From Heteronotia binoei (taxonomy: Eukaryota), in contig NC_083229.1 in NCBI RefSeq assembly GCF_032191835.1, positions 134,602,001 through 134,666,000 of the forward strand: DNA of 64,000 nucleotides, written 5' to 3'. The notes under the pieces are model-generated. The model ran no database searches, had not been told where the DNA came from, and saw only the letters and a list, made by a program, of their open reading frames with translations. The translations under genes were made by a program, and so were the position numbers. Below, one piece after another: positions 36,621 through 49,051 of the stretch (positions are counted from its first letter, which is position 1; every line of letters begins with the position of its first letter).

Positions 36621-39600
36621 TAATATACAAGGGAATTTGAGGGTTGGGGCCTATTGGGTTAATCTGAATATTGGGATCTGGTAGGGCGGAGTGGACTGGG
36701 GAATATTGGTGACAGTAGTGCATTGGTGGTGGCTAAGATTGCTGTTGCCACCAGCGGGGAATGGCTGGTCTAGGGATTCCAGTGCTCCTGGGGAGGGGGA
36801 GGTATGGCGGTGGGAACAGATGACATAAGGGAGGAGGACTGAGACAAGATAGTGCTCGGTCTTCCTCCAATCTGTGTCCCATCCCAAGGGTGACAGGTAG
36901 TAGGGTCAGGCTGAATAACTCGCCTCCGTCATTGGTGTTATGCAATTCCAAGTCCATTAATAATAAGACCTCTGTCCTTTGACAGTTCCTACTCAAACAG
37001 GACATGGACCTGGCTTGCGTGACTGAAACCTGGGTGCGAGAGGGAGATACAGTAGCCCTCTCGCAAATAGCTCCCCCGGGCTATTCAGTCTTCCACCAAT
37101 CGCGGACTAGTGGGCGGGGAGGAGGAGTGGCATTATTTATACGAGAGACTTACTCCTTTAGGGTGCTCCCGGCCCCAAAGATTGAGGGTATTGAATGTGC
37201 CGGTCTGGCGTGGGAGGTTGGAGAGGGGTTGGCGATCTGGCTGGTGTACCATACGCCAAATGCACCAGCAGGCGCTTTACCGTCCCTGCTCGAGGCGGCG
37301 ACAGGCTGGGCGTTGGAGCACCGAAGGTTGGTGATCCTGGATGACTTCAACGTCCATGCTGATGACCCGACCTCCAGTCAGGCGATGGACCTAGTGTCTT
37401 CCATGGCGATGCTAGGACTCTCTCAATTGGTTACAACCCCCACTCACCAGGCCGGGCACATGTTAGACCTGATCTTTGAGGCCGGGGTTACGGTGGACGA
37501 TATAACCGCTGAAGCGGTGCCATGGTTGGACCACCTCGCCCTCAGGGCTCGTGTAGATATGCCACCCCAAACCTGTTTAGGCGACGAGCTCATTATGGCT
37601 TGCCCGCGGAACCAGATGGACCCGGAACGGTTCCAAATGGCTCTGCAGGATCCCTGGCCCTCTGGCGATTCTCTCAATGGCCTGGTGGAGACCTGGAATA
37701 GCCGGCTCTCTAGGGCCATTGATGAGATCGCACCTTGACGCCCTCTACGACCTCAGACTAGGCTGGCTCCGTGGTATACCCCGGAGCTACGCCAGCTGAA
37801 ACAAGGCCTTAGACGGCTAGAGAGGCAATGGCGGCGTACCCGTGACGAAGCAACTAGAACATCTAATAGGAAGTTTATGAGGTCCTATGAGATGGCAGTC
37901 AAGGCCGCAAAGAAAACATACTTTGTGGCTAAGATTGCGTCTGCAAACTCGCGCCCGGCACAATTGTTTAGGATAATTCGGAATTTTACTACATTGCCAC
38001 AAGGCAATCCAAACATTAAGGAATTGGAGATTGGCTGTGAGGCCTTTGCGAAATTTTTTGCAGACAAGATCCAGTCGCTCCGCCACGACTGCCCTGCCAA
38101 TTTGGAAGCAGTAAGCGAACTCGAGGCCCAATGCGTGTCTTCTGGTTTGATCCTGGATTGCTTTGACCCACTCAGCCTGGAGGAAGTTTACAGAGTCCTT
38201 GTCTCCGCATGCCCAACAACTTGTGATCTGGACCCATGCCCCTCCTGGCTAATTAAGGCTTGCCAGGAGGAGCTAAGATGTCCTATATGGGACATCATAA
38301 ATAGATCTCTTTCAGAGGGCTTTTTTCCAACACCTCTGAAGGAGGAAGTGGTCTGCCCTCTCCTGAAAAAGGCTACATCAGATCCGGCGAAAATGGCTCA
38401 TTATCGGCCGGTCTCAAATTGCCCTTTTTGGGCAAAATTATAGAGAGGGCTGTGGCGTTGCAGTTACAGGCATTTCTGGATGACGCTTCCACCTTAGATC
38501 CGTGCCAGTCCAGCTTCCGCCCGGGCCATGGGACGGAGACGGTTTTGGTCGCCCTCATGGATGACCTCCGGTGACATCTGGACCGAGGTGGTTCGGCAGT
38601 ATTGCTGCTGTTAGACCTATCGGCTGCTGACCCGCTGCATCGCCGACGCAGGAATTCGGGGGCTATCCTTACAGTGGCTCTCCTCCTTCCTTGAAGGTCG
38701 GGGACAAAGGGTGGCAATTGGAGGAGAGCTGTCCCAGAGACACCTACTTAATTGTGGGGTGCCTCAGGGGGCGGTTCTCTCCCCAATGTTGTTTAACATC
38801 TACATGCGCCCCCTTGCCCAGATTGCCCGGAGGTATGGGCTGGGTTGCCACCAGTATGCTGATGACACCCAGCTCTATCTATTGATGGACGACCGGACTG
38901 ACGATGTCCCTATAAATTTGGACTGGGCGTTGCAAGCCGTGGCGGGTTGGCTCAGGCTGAGTGGGCTAAAGCTGAATCCAGCAAAGACAGAGGTCCTTTG
39001 CGTGGGTCGCGGCGGGCCAGGAGGGGAGGTCTCCCTACCGACTTTTGACGGTGCGTCACTGATACCAGTGCGCAGGGTCAGGAGCTTGGGAGTGCTACTG
39101 GAGCCTTCCTTGACAATGGAGGCCCAGATAGCTGCCACTGCCAAATCCGCCTTCTTCCACCTTAGGAGGGCGAGGCAGTTGGCCCCCTTCCTGGAACGCG
39201 GCAACCTGGCAACTGTGATCCACGCAACGGTCACCTCGAGGTTGGACTACTGCAATGCCCTCTACATGGGGCTGCCCTTGTACCGAACGCAGAAACTACA
39301 GCTAGTGCAGAATGCAGCGGCCAGGCTGTTAGTGGGACTACCATGGTGGGAACACATACAGCCTGGGCTGCGCGAGTTGCACTGGCTGCCAATTGTGTAC
39401 CGAGTTCGTTACAAGGTGCTGGTTATTACCTTTAAAGCCCTATATGGCCGAGGACCTGCCTACCTTAGGGACCGCCTCTCTCCATATGTTCCCCATAGAG
39501 CACTGAGATCCAGCTCCCAAAACCTACTACGAATCCCTGGACCAAGGGAGGCCAGACTGAAGGTAACAAGGGAGCAGGCCTTCTCCACAATGGCTCCCCA

Positions 39601-39951
39601 ATGGTGGAATCAACTACTAGAGGAGGTGCGAGCCCTGCGAGACCTAAATCAGTTTCACAGGGCTTGCAAAACCACCCTCTGTCAACTCGCGTTTAAGATG
39701 GAACCCGGAAATGACACCTAGCCATCTTATACATATACTGAACTGTGGCACTTTAATTTGTAGCTGTTAACAATTTTAATTGTTTATTTAATTTAATTGA
39801 ATGTATTTAACTATTTTAATTGTCTTTTATTGTAATGATTGGATTTTAGTGTAATCATGGTGTAAACCATGTCATGTGAGCCGCCCTGAGCCCACTTTGG
39901 CGGGGGAGGGCGGGATATAAGAATAAATTTATTATTATTATTATTATTATT
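36621..39951 (+). mobile_element. L2 LINE with full-length but disrupted ORF2 (ATG 36761 to stop 39721) and (ATT)n tail; its 5' UTR may extend to about 35745
   Basis: APE motifs VTETW, DDFNVH, HMLDL; RT motifs VPQGAVLSP, YADDTQLY; several stops are CGA>TGA type; tail gagccgccctgagcc..gggagggcgggatataag. Confidence 0.95.
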
Positions 39952-40173
39952 GACCTCGGAGTCCGACATTGAAGACTCTCTCCTCAAAGAATGTTCCGAG
40001 AGCACCAGTGTTGACTCTCTGATGGGTGGCTGGATTTCCTCCACCACCATGCCGCGTCTTTCGGGCGGGACAGACATCGATGCTGAGGGGCGCCACCTAG
40101 AATGCTGGGAAAGGCTCGACATATGGGATGCCTCGAATTGCTGGTCCCAGTCTGCAAACTCCCGAGGGGGGTA

Positions 40174-41091
40174 TCATTGGTACGGCGGGTATGGATAGGC
40201 ATAGGGAGGCCACTGGTGCTGCTCCCACGGTGGAAGGGGTGGGAAGCGGCGAGCTACGGTGGTCGATTCCAGCTCTCTCCGACCTCTTGCCTGATCCAGT
40301 GGTGCCAATGGCTCCATCGGTGCTGACACCTCCACCTCCGAGACAGAGTCGCTCTCACTGCGACGCCTCAAACCCGAAGAATGGGAGCGCTGAGTGAGGT
40401 TGATCTCTTGGTCTGATGCTGATAGACGCAAGTGCTGCGAAGCACTGCCTCTCGACACTGAAGGGCTACGATGTGGGGGCGCCAAGATCTTCCTCGGCGG
40501 AGCGGTCGACATCGATGTCGAAGCGTCATGAGAAGGTGAAGGAGTGCGGGACGATCTCTTCTTCCGCTTCTCCTTAGATTTCACCTTCGGTGCGGATGAT
40601 CGGGTCCCCGAGTCATTCCGACGCTTCTTAGCTGGGGTGTCCACTGACCCTTCAGAAGGTCGCTTTGTGGAACGCCCGCGCTTGACTGGCATCTCGGTCC
40701 TGATTGGTGATGTATCAGCCGATGTGACCGTCGGGGCTGCGGCCTCTCCCATCGGTACCGACGGGCCCGATGCCATTTTTCGAGGACGAAGTGCCGACTC
40801 TACCAACGCAGCTGAAAGCATCGCTGCTCGATTCTTGCAACTTTGCTTGGAAAAACTCAGGCAGTGCGAGCAAGAATCCACACGATGTCCCTCACCCAAA
40901 CACAGAAGACAGAAGGAATGGCCATCGGGGGGGGGGGGGGGGAATCTTCTTCCCACAGGAGCGGCACCTCTTAAAAACCCCCAACATCTTTCCACAGACG
41001 CCAAGGAAAAAACCCACCCAGGAAAGTCTCTGAGGGGAAAAACTGGGCCCCAAAGGGCAAGTCCAACAAATTTATTTTTTTTAAACAACAC
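40174..41091 (-). CDS. DIRS gag-like ORF with N-terminal Cys/His zinc-binding motif; true start probably near 41010
   Basis: DGHSFCLLCLGEGHRVDSCSHC, then basic/Ser-rich region typical of vertebrate DIRS ORF1. Confidence 0.8.
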   Translation of the reverse strand: MLFKKNKFVGLALWGPVFPLRDFPGWVFSLASVERCWGFLRGAAPVGRRFPPPPPDGHSFCLLCLGEGHRVDSCSHCLSFSKQSCKNRAAMLSAALVESALRPRKMASGPSVPMGEAAAPTVTSADTSPIRTEMPVKRGRSTKRPSEGSVDTPAKKRRNDSGTRSSAPKVKSKEKRKKRSSRTPSPSHDASTSMSTAPPRKILAPPHRSPSVSRGSASQHLRLSASDQEINLTQRSHSSGLRRRSESDSVSEVEVSAPMEPLAPLDQARGRRELESTTVARRFPPLPPWEQHQWPPYAYPYPPYQ

Positions 41092-41860
41092 TAACTATCT
41101 AACAACGAACTAACTACACTAAGAAAATAACAAACGGGCTATATACAACAAGAAAAAGCAATTGTAAGATTACTTTACCGACCAGGGACACGGAAAGAGA
41201 TCCTCTTAGCGCAGCAGTCAGAAAGGAACTGGCGGGATCCTCGCGCTGGCGCCGGCGAGCATGCGCACTGGGACGCCTCCGCATGCCTGTTGGTGCCGAG
41301 CACGAAAAAATCCCGGGCTTTTTAGGTACCGATTCGGGGATTGGCGCACGCACTCTATCCCATGAATGTGAAGCACAGAGACCACGAAGATCACACAGAG
41401 TCATTTATTTCATGAGTGCTGCCAACATGGCCGAACGTGGACCAATGACATGAAGGCCTCCTCAGTGCCTGCTGTTCTGTCCAAGGGATTCCCAGGAGGG
41501 CCCCCTCCTCACCTGGCAGTGGGAGCTCCTGTCCCATGTCCCACTGGGGCCCTGCACAGAGAGGAATCACACCGTTCTTCCCCATAGCAATAGGGGCAGC
41601 AGTGGAACCTCCAAATGCCGTTCCAGTAATGAGTGAATTATGTTAAGGAACTGACAGAGAGCATGGTCATTCACTCGCTACCTTCTGTGTCTGCCTGACT
41701 GTGCCACTACTCCTGCAAGCCAGTCTTTCACTTAGAACATAATCTAATCTCCGCATATCTATGTCCCTGCAGATTTGTGGTGTGCTAGTACACCTGCACA
41801 AGTTGCCTCTCTCTAGGTGCATCCTGAAGCTTTCAAAGATGTGTGCAGACTGAACCATAC

Positions 41861-41939
41861 CTGCCAAGCTCAGCCACTTCATTGTACAGGGAATCAAAGT
41901 TATCCTTCCAGGTTACAATGACCCCATCACATCCAGGAC
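41861..41939 (-). CDS. TRIO: TRIO exon, (G)PGCDGVIVTWKDNFDSLYNEVAELG(R)
   Basis: 79 nt, phase 1/2. Confidence 0.96.
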
Positions 41940-42034
41940 CTGGAACAGGGAAAAGTGATCTACATTGCACATTTACCATACAAAATGCATCCCAATCTCA
42001 ATTTTGTGTGTGCTCCCCAAAGACATAAACCCAC

Positions 42035-42156
42035 CTAAAACTCGAAGACTGGCCGAAGAGGAAACTGAACCCATATCATTTGCAGCTACACAAGTATAGA
42101 TACCATCATCTTCTGTGGTCACACCAATGACTTTCAGAGATGCTTCTCCTACATCA
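42035..42156 (-). CDS. TRIO: TRIO Ig-domain exon, (S)DVGEASLKVIGVTTEDDGIYTCVAANDMGSVSSSASLRVL(G)
   Basis: 122 nt, phase 2/1. Confidence 0.96.
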
Positions 42157-42611
42157 CTGCAAAACAAAAGTTTGAGCGTAAGGAGCTGAGCAATCCCAAG
42201 TGGCTGGGTTCAACGGACCACTCATCCTTCGTCAGGGGCTTGGTGGGTGACAAGCTCCAGTCCCTTTCGGAAGACAAGAAGACACTCCAGTTTACAGTGG
42301 CGGGTCTGGAAACCATCACTCTTGCATAACATAATACTAGTTTGAAGTTACTCGTGAGCTGCCACTCAGGGAAAAGGAGATGTTGGGAAACCAGTCACAG
42401 GAGACGAAGGGCTTTTCTGCACACTCCACTCACTCTTGATTGCCTTGGCAGTCGATCCACAAGCACTGGGATCACTCTGGGCAGGGGCCTTCCGCTCATC
42501 TCTCTCCCTTTGCATTGTCACAGTTGCAGAGTCAGTTTATTCTCTTCTGCTCTAAATTTCATATTTATGTTGGCTCAAAGTTTCCACTGAAGCTCGTTTC
42601 TGAGACCAAAT

Positions 42612-43145
42612 CATAGAATCCTAGAGTTGGAAGGGACCTCCAGGGCCATCTAGTTCAACCTCCTGCACAATGCAGGAAACTCCCAAACCCCTCCCCCTAA
42701 ATTCCCAGGATCCGCATTGCTGTCAGATGGCCATCTAGCTTCTGTTTAAAAACCTCCAAGGGAGGACAGCCCACCACCTCCCGAGGAAGTCTGTTCCACT
42801 GAGGAACCGCTCTAACGGTCAGGAAGTTCTTCCTAATGTTGAGCCGGAAACTCTTCTGATTTAATTTCATAGAATCATAGAGTTGAAAGGGACCTCCAGG
42901 GTCATCTAGTCCAACCCCCTGCACAATGCAAAACCCCACAAATACCTCCCCCTAAATTCACAAGATCTTCATTGCTGTCAGATGGCCATCTAGCCTCTGT
43001 TTAAAAACCTCCAAGGAAGGAGAGCCCACCACCTCCCGAGGAAGTCTGTTCCACTAAGGAATCGCTCTAACAGTCAGGAAGTTCTTCCTAATGTTGAGCC
43101 AGAAACTCTTCTGATTTAATTTCAACCCATTGGTTCTGGTCCTGT
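42612..43145 (-). mobile_element. Two head-to-tail CR1 3' ends
   Basis: tail catagaatc(c/a)tagagttg(g/a)aagggacctccaggg begins at about 42612 and again at about 42868. Confidence 0.85.
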
Positions 43146-43445
43146 ATTCAATGTATTCACAAAATAGCCTCTGGAACTGAAGTGCCACTACCCTTCCTAT
43201 CACACAGATTCTAGAAAGTATTTTAGCAGTGGCTTGGAAACCAACATCTGTTGAGTTGGTCTGAGAAGAAACTCTGGAAGTTGCAGGACCTGCAGGCTTC
43301 TGTGTGTGTGTGTGTGGGGGGGCCTCATGGCAGAGAACTGGGGAACTGAAGTGACCACTTAAAGCCCTCCAAGCTATTTTGACGCTTGCATGCCTGTCGC
43401 CCTTCAGTGCAGTCTGCCGCGTGCTGTGCCAAGAAGCCACGTTAC

Positions 43446-43608
43446 CTGCAGGAGATGCTGTAGTGACTGTCATTGCTCAGGGTGTTGTGATCAGGACCTT
43501 TCCAAGTTATTGAAGCTTTTGGACGACCACAAATTTTGCACTTCAGAATGACAGTCTCTCCTATCTCGCATGTTGTCTCACTTAGTGGTATAATAAACTC
43601 TGGGGGAA
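43446..43608 (-). CDS. TRIO: TRIO Ig-domain exon, (V)PPEFIIPLSETTCEIGETVILKCKICGRPKASITWKGPDHNTLSNDSHYSISC(S)
   Basis: 163 nt, phase 1/2. Confidence 0.96.
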
Positions 43609-44330
43609 CTGAAAGAGGAGGAAGCAGTTGCCATGAAAAAGCTGCAAGTTATACGTCTTGCTCATCATCATATGACTGCATGCAGCCTAGAAGCTACTGA
43701 CGTGTTACCATGCAGAATGCATTCCACTCTGTACACATGAAATGGCCTTAGCCGGAATCAGAAGGCTGCTCTGGCACCATCGGAATTGTCTACTCCAACA
43801 GGCAGTCCCTTTCCAGCGTCTGTGACATCACCTCCTACCTGATCCTTTTAACTGGAGGTGCCGCAGATTGAACCCGGGACCTTCTGCCACTGAGTCACAC
43901 CCCTCTCCCTCTCAGCAGATGTCTAGAGGCCTCTTGGTGCCCATCCTCCCCCCCCCCCCTGCTCTGATAGCCGCTGAGGGAATGTGAATGGAGCCCCACT
44001 CCAGGAATTTCCAATCAGAGAGAGTGCAGGCATTTGCCTTCTGGGGGGAGAGTGCAAAGGCCTCAAAAGCCTTTTCCAACTCCCCCCCCCCCCCCAAGAT
44101 GTCCCTGGGGAAAATCCTGGGTAGTGCAGAGAAATCCAAGCTGGCTGGATTCGTGAAGGGGCTTTAAGGGGAGCCAGATGCTGCTGCCGCCCCCCCCCCC
44201 ATGAGGGATGAACAGGCAGGTCCACTGCTTGATTGAATTCCTTCTAGAAGTGAATAATGACTCCCACCATTGCAAGAATGGGAAAACATGACTTCAGAAT
44301 GATGCAATTTTGAATTTAAACTCAACTCAC

Positions 44331-44358
44331 CATCATAAATGTAGTTGGGGTTGAGAAG
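44331..44358 (-). CDS. TRIO: TRIO 28-nt micro-exon, LLNPNYIYD(V)
   Basis: ttttcag acceptor, gtgagt donor, phase 0/1. Confidence 0.95.
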
Positions 44359-45544
44359 CTGAAAAGGAGAAGTGGAAAGGAATTAGCATGTAGAAGTGAT
44401 TTAGTCTGATGCCAGTGCCAGGAAGGGGCCTCATGGCCAGAAGTGCTGAATGTGGCGGGAGACCCACCAGTGCCCCAAAGGGCGGGGGAGGAGGAAGCTC
44501 TCTCCACTCCGCATTTCCCCAACCAGCCCTGAAGGACAAATGTTTCTGCAGTTGTGCCCTTTCTTTCCAAATGGTTTCTGACAGCCCTGGAAGGAGAGCT
44601 GCTTTATGCTGCTCTATCCCCCCTCCCCTGCTATGACCCCAGAGTCCAGATTTCTCCCCAGACCCTTGAAAAGCAAAGCAAAAAAGCAGTACTCGCTTCA
44701 CAGGAATCAAAGGAGACATTATGGAACAAAGATCAAGTCTGAGTCGAAGCCTTGGTGTGCAGGCACACTTCTTCAGATACACTGGAGCAAGACTTCCTTC
44801 GCCATCACACATAATGCTATCTGAAGTGTGCCTGCACATGAAGGCTTCTACCCAGAATTAAACTTTGCTGGTCTTCAAGGTGCCCCACTGGACTCGATCT
44901 TTGTTCTGCTGCTTCAGACCAACATGGCTGCCCACTCCCTGGAAGACACCATGGGGTCACTGGATGGATGCCCATTGGGTCTCATTGAATGCATACCTGA
45001 AATCTGTACACAGCATGTGCGCTGATGTGCATGTCATAAATGTGCATGTGCAAGGAAAGCGGCTCTTTTCCCCCTTTGCCTGGAGCCTGCCCCCCACCTC
45101 AGGCCCTCCCAGCTGAGCTCCCTTTAATAGCTGTGCATTGAGTTAAAAATCTGGGCCTGCTCCTTTCCACTGGTGACTCCAAAGAGGCAGAACACCCAGG
45201 AGACCCTGGAGATGGGGGACCCCACCCTATCCGCCAGTGGCAAGAAATGCCCATGGGTCTTTTTAGGCCAGCATCTGCAGTGCAAAAGACACCCTTCTTC
45301 TGAAATGGAGGGAAAGTGGTGTAGCTGTGCTCTTGTCTGTCGTCTGAATTCCCATTATTTGGTGCCTGCAGGTCAAGCATCTTTGTAAGTTATCCAAGGC
45401 TGCTGCAGTTGGTGGGAAAGGGGGCATTTCAGTATTTAAATAAATTGGGGTGGTACATTCAAGAATAATGGCACATATGTCGGCTGGAATTAGACTAAAG
45501 TTTAAAGACAACTGGACTAGGAATAGTTTTACGAAGACAACTGC

Positions 45545-45770
45545 AGAGCGGCTTACAGTCTCCTATAACTTTCCCCCCCACAACAGACACCCCGTGAGGT
45601 GGGTGGGGCTGAGAGGGCTCTCACAGCAGAAGCCCTTTCAAGGACAACTCCTATGTGAGCTATGGCTGACCCAAGGCCATTCCAGCAGCTGCAAGTAGAG
45701 AAGTGGGGAATCAAACTTGGTTCACCCAGATAAGAGTCTGCACACTTAACCACTACACCAAACTGGCTTT
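45545..45770 (-). mobile_element. tRNA-derived SINE, same family as 12483-12742
   Basis: direct similarity along its length. Confidence 0.75.
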
Positions 45771-46086
45771 TAATACAGAGAATACTTTTCTTCTCAGCTG
45801 AGGAAGTCTGAGGATTTCCACCCCGCCCCCACAAGCTGAAAGAGGAAGCTGGGGAAAAGGCCTGTAGGAGAAACTGCCCTTCAGTCACAAGCTCACCCCT
45901 CCCCGGCCTCCAAATTGAATGCACCCCCATGAAAAGTAGAATGTTCTGTTATTTCATCCACTGCACAGGATGTCCCATCAAAAGCCCAGGCCCCTTCCCA
46001 TTTGAAAAAGCTCCAGAAACAGCTGTTTCCCCTAAATTACCAACGCAATATCATTTTTATGAAAACACAATATGAGGAAGGTGTAC

Positions 46087-46225
46087 CTTCACGGAAACCT
46101 TGTTGGCAAGACCTTCTCGGGACTTACGGTAACCATTTTCTAACTTGCCTTCCCTTTTGCCATCTTTATCCTTTTTCTCAGATTTCTTCCTCAGACGGAG
46201 TGCTGTATGCCAAGATGACGACTTC
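46087..46225 (-). CDS. TRIO: TRIO exon, (K)KSSSWHTALRLRKKSEKKDKDGKREGKLENGYRKSREGLANKVSVK
   Basis: 139 nt, phase 2/0. Confidence 0.96.
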
Positions 46226-46883
46226 CTGAAGCCAAAACACGAAGGCGTTGTAATCAGCTGGGATTTCTGGTAGGTGATTTAGCCTCGGAAATGTCTTTGA
46301 AACCAGCAGGCAGACAGGGGCGGTGCTGGGTTTTTTGCTGCCCCAAGCTGCCCCCATCCTGTCCCTGCCCCCCATGGGGGGTGTCTCCCCGCTAGGTGGA
46401 GAAATGGCAAATCTGCCTCCCCCCTCCCATTTAAAGACCCCTGCTGATCAGTGAGAGCATTTAAATGGTGGGGAGGTGGATCACCGCAGCGCTGCCTCTT
46501 TTGTCTGCTTGGCCCCATGCAGGTGAAAGAGGCAAAAGTAATAGCGAGTATGCAGAAATGGTGAAAATATGTAGTCTTGAGTATGCAACAATGGTGAAAT
46601 TAATAATTCAGTTGAAAAACAGATTAGTTACAGAATTTGAAATGTAAAATGTTGAATATGTATCCCAACAGAAATAAGTTTTATTGTATTTTGTAAACAA
46701 TGATCAAAAATGAAGGGGGTGTTGGGAAGAAATATTTTCTATTTCATATATTTTATTATATATAATCACCTTTTGATACATATAATTATGATATGCAATC
46801 ATTTTTTCTTTTCTGTATTTTCTTATTTTTGTTTTACGATTATATAGAAATGAAGAAGCAGAATGAAAATCAGTTCTAATTCT

Positions 46884-47980
46884 GAGTCGATTGCACCTTT
46901 AAGACCAACTTAGTTTTATTCAGAACATAAGCTTTCGTGTGCATGCACCCTTCTTCAGACAAGGAATGAGGTATAGTAAGCAGAGCCACATATGCTGGTG
47001 GGGTTTGGAATGCCAAGTGGTACAAAGTTAAAAACCACGAGCAGAATAGTAAAATTAACAAATTCAGAAAACCGTTGATCTGCATTGCCTTGGCGTGGGA
47101 AACCATAAAACAGTAACATGTCAGAATGTGAGAATGCCTGTTAATTATTCTGTTGCTAATAAACCTGGGTCAAAAAGAAGGCATTTCTTTCCCAGATGTT
47201 TTTTCTGTCCAATTTATATATGAACATATTTACATATGAACATAATTTACATATGAACATATGAAGCTGCCTTATACTGAATCAGACCCTTGGTCCATCA
47301 AAGTCAGTATTGTCTTCTCAGACAGGCAGCGGCTCTCCAGGGTCTCAAGCTGACGTTTTTCACACCTATTTGCCTGGACCCTTTTTTGGAGATGCCGGGG
47401 ATTGAACCTGGGACCTTCTGCTTCCCAAGCAGATGCTCTACCACTGAGCCACCGTCCCTCCCTCCCTTTTAACATGTAACATAAATATATACATCATTCT
47501 AGTTTGCCATTAGGAAAAATATATTAAAATATAGTAGAAGATGTGTTTAATATATGTAATGAGATAAACAGCCAATATCCCTAGTTTGAGTATGTCAATA
47601 CAAAAGCATTCTGATAAACTATCCTAAAAGAGAAATACATTGGAATACTGTGGATATATTGCCCTACTTGGTGAAATTGGGTTTAGCATATGTAATGAGA
47701 TGTTACTGTTTTATGGTTTCCCATGCTAATTCAACCCAGATCAAAGGTTCTCTGAATTTATTAATTTTACTATTCTGCTATTGGTTTTTAACTTTGTACC
47801 ACTATTCCAAACCCCACCAGCTATATGTGGCTCTGCTTACTGTACCTCATTCCTCGTCTGAAGAAGGGTGCCTGCACGTGAAAGCTGACGTTCTGAATAA
47901 AACTAAGTTGGTCTTGAAGCTGCAATCGACTCCTAGTTTGTTCTACTACTTCAGACCAACACGGCTGCCCACTTGGATCT
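46884..47980. mobile_element. Penelope-like element: inverted terminal repeats of about 240 bp (46884-47122 minus, 47697-47980 plus) with hammerhead-like cores
   Basis: the two arms are reverse complements; each has CTGAAGA..GAAAGCT; assignment to Penelope is from familiarity with the repeat, no RT seen. Confidence 0.65.
47262..47462 (-). mobile_element. tRNA-derived SINE with CR1-like tail and (catatgaa)-type terminal repeat at 47222-47262
   Basis: A-box-like gtggctcagtgg and B-box ggttcaatccc on minus; tail tcagtataaggcagcttcat. Confidence 0.8.
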
Positions 47981-49051
47981 ATCAGTTCTAAATGTAACAT
48001 GTCGAATATAAATGTGTGGGAAAAGGTGGGTTTTGAGGAGAAACTTTTATTTTCTACTGCAATAAATTTTAAATAATATTTTAAAAAGACAGTTCTCCAT
48101 ATATCCTGTGTTCATATACACGTGAAAGTCTTTACATACAGAAAGCTGGTATGCTTGGGAGACAGGCAGGGAATGCTTTGATGTGAGAGAAAGCTTTCAG
48201 TCCTGCAAGGGCTTTTACCCCTTCTGTGAGGGGGGGAGGGGCACGGGAACTTTCTGAAGGGCTGAATGCTAACCCCTTCCATTCTAGCAGAAAGTGCAGC
48301 ACGAGTGGTGGAGCCTGGGCAACTGGTTGATATCAAAGTGTTTGGAAGAACACAGATGAGAAAATGCCAACCGACACATTCACCTGCCAAGCTAACGGGA
48401 TAATGGCTCTCCTGTGATTGTGTTGCTCTAGAAAGACGCTGTGCCCATCCATCTCTGCTGCCTGCCTATGCTAGAAAATCTTTTAAAGGTTTGGTACAAA
48501 TAGGATTCTTGACCATTTTTGACACTAATTCCCACGGCCCCCTTTAAGTAAGAACGGCCTCTGTGCAAACACACTTTTGTCCTCCCTGAAATGTCACATG
48601 ATGGGTGCCATCAATCTCGTAATAATGCTAAATTAGGTCTTCTTTCACTGTGGCTTTGTGTCTCTGCACCACCTGTGACCAAAACTCAGGCCAGATGTTG
48701 CTCTTCACCTTTGCAGCACCTGCTTTTACCAGCCAGCCAGCTAAACTGCTCCAGCTTCCTCTCCTGGCTACCAGTTTTCCAAGTCACACACTCAGCTGCT
48801 TATTATAATTGGATGACTTGCCTTAAAATTAATTTAGGGATAAGAGTGGGCTGGGACTTATAGGAACATTGTTTCTGAAATGTTTCATCCCCCGCAATTT
48901 CTCCCCCGCCCCAAACCAGGTTTTGCCGAGACCCTTCAAAGCGAACACGGGAGGATGCCGCTCAGCACATGCAGTCGCCCTTCATGCAGAGCTGCTCCAG
49001 GTACGAGAGATTAAACTTCCTTGATCTTTCTCAAATCATTATGACAATAAT

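Larger units (their letters stand above)
33457..41392 (-). mobile_element. DIRS1-like tyrosine-recombinase retrotransposon, split by an L2 insertion; RT core missing
   Basis: inverted terminal repeats (about 33460-33650 vs 41215-41390), internal complementary region 33703-33797, gag, RNaseH/methyltransferase and YR ORF remnants. Confidence 0.93.

Noticed and set aside
47395-47462. tRNA-like A/B-box sequence (also 8880-8950, 12690-12740, 43865-43890)
   Set aside because: SINE heads continuous with SINE bodies; no cloverleaf evident.
48969-49051. ATG and first 28 codons of the 552-aa ORF
   Set aside because: Flanking DNA that happens to be in frame; L2 similarity begins only at about 49052.
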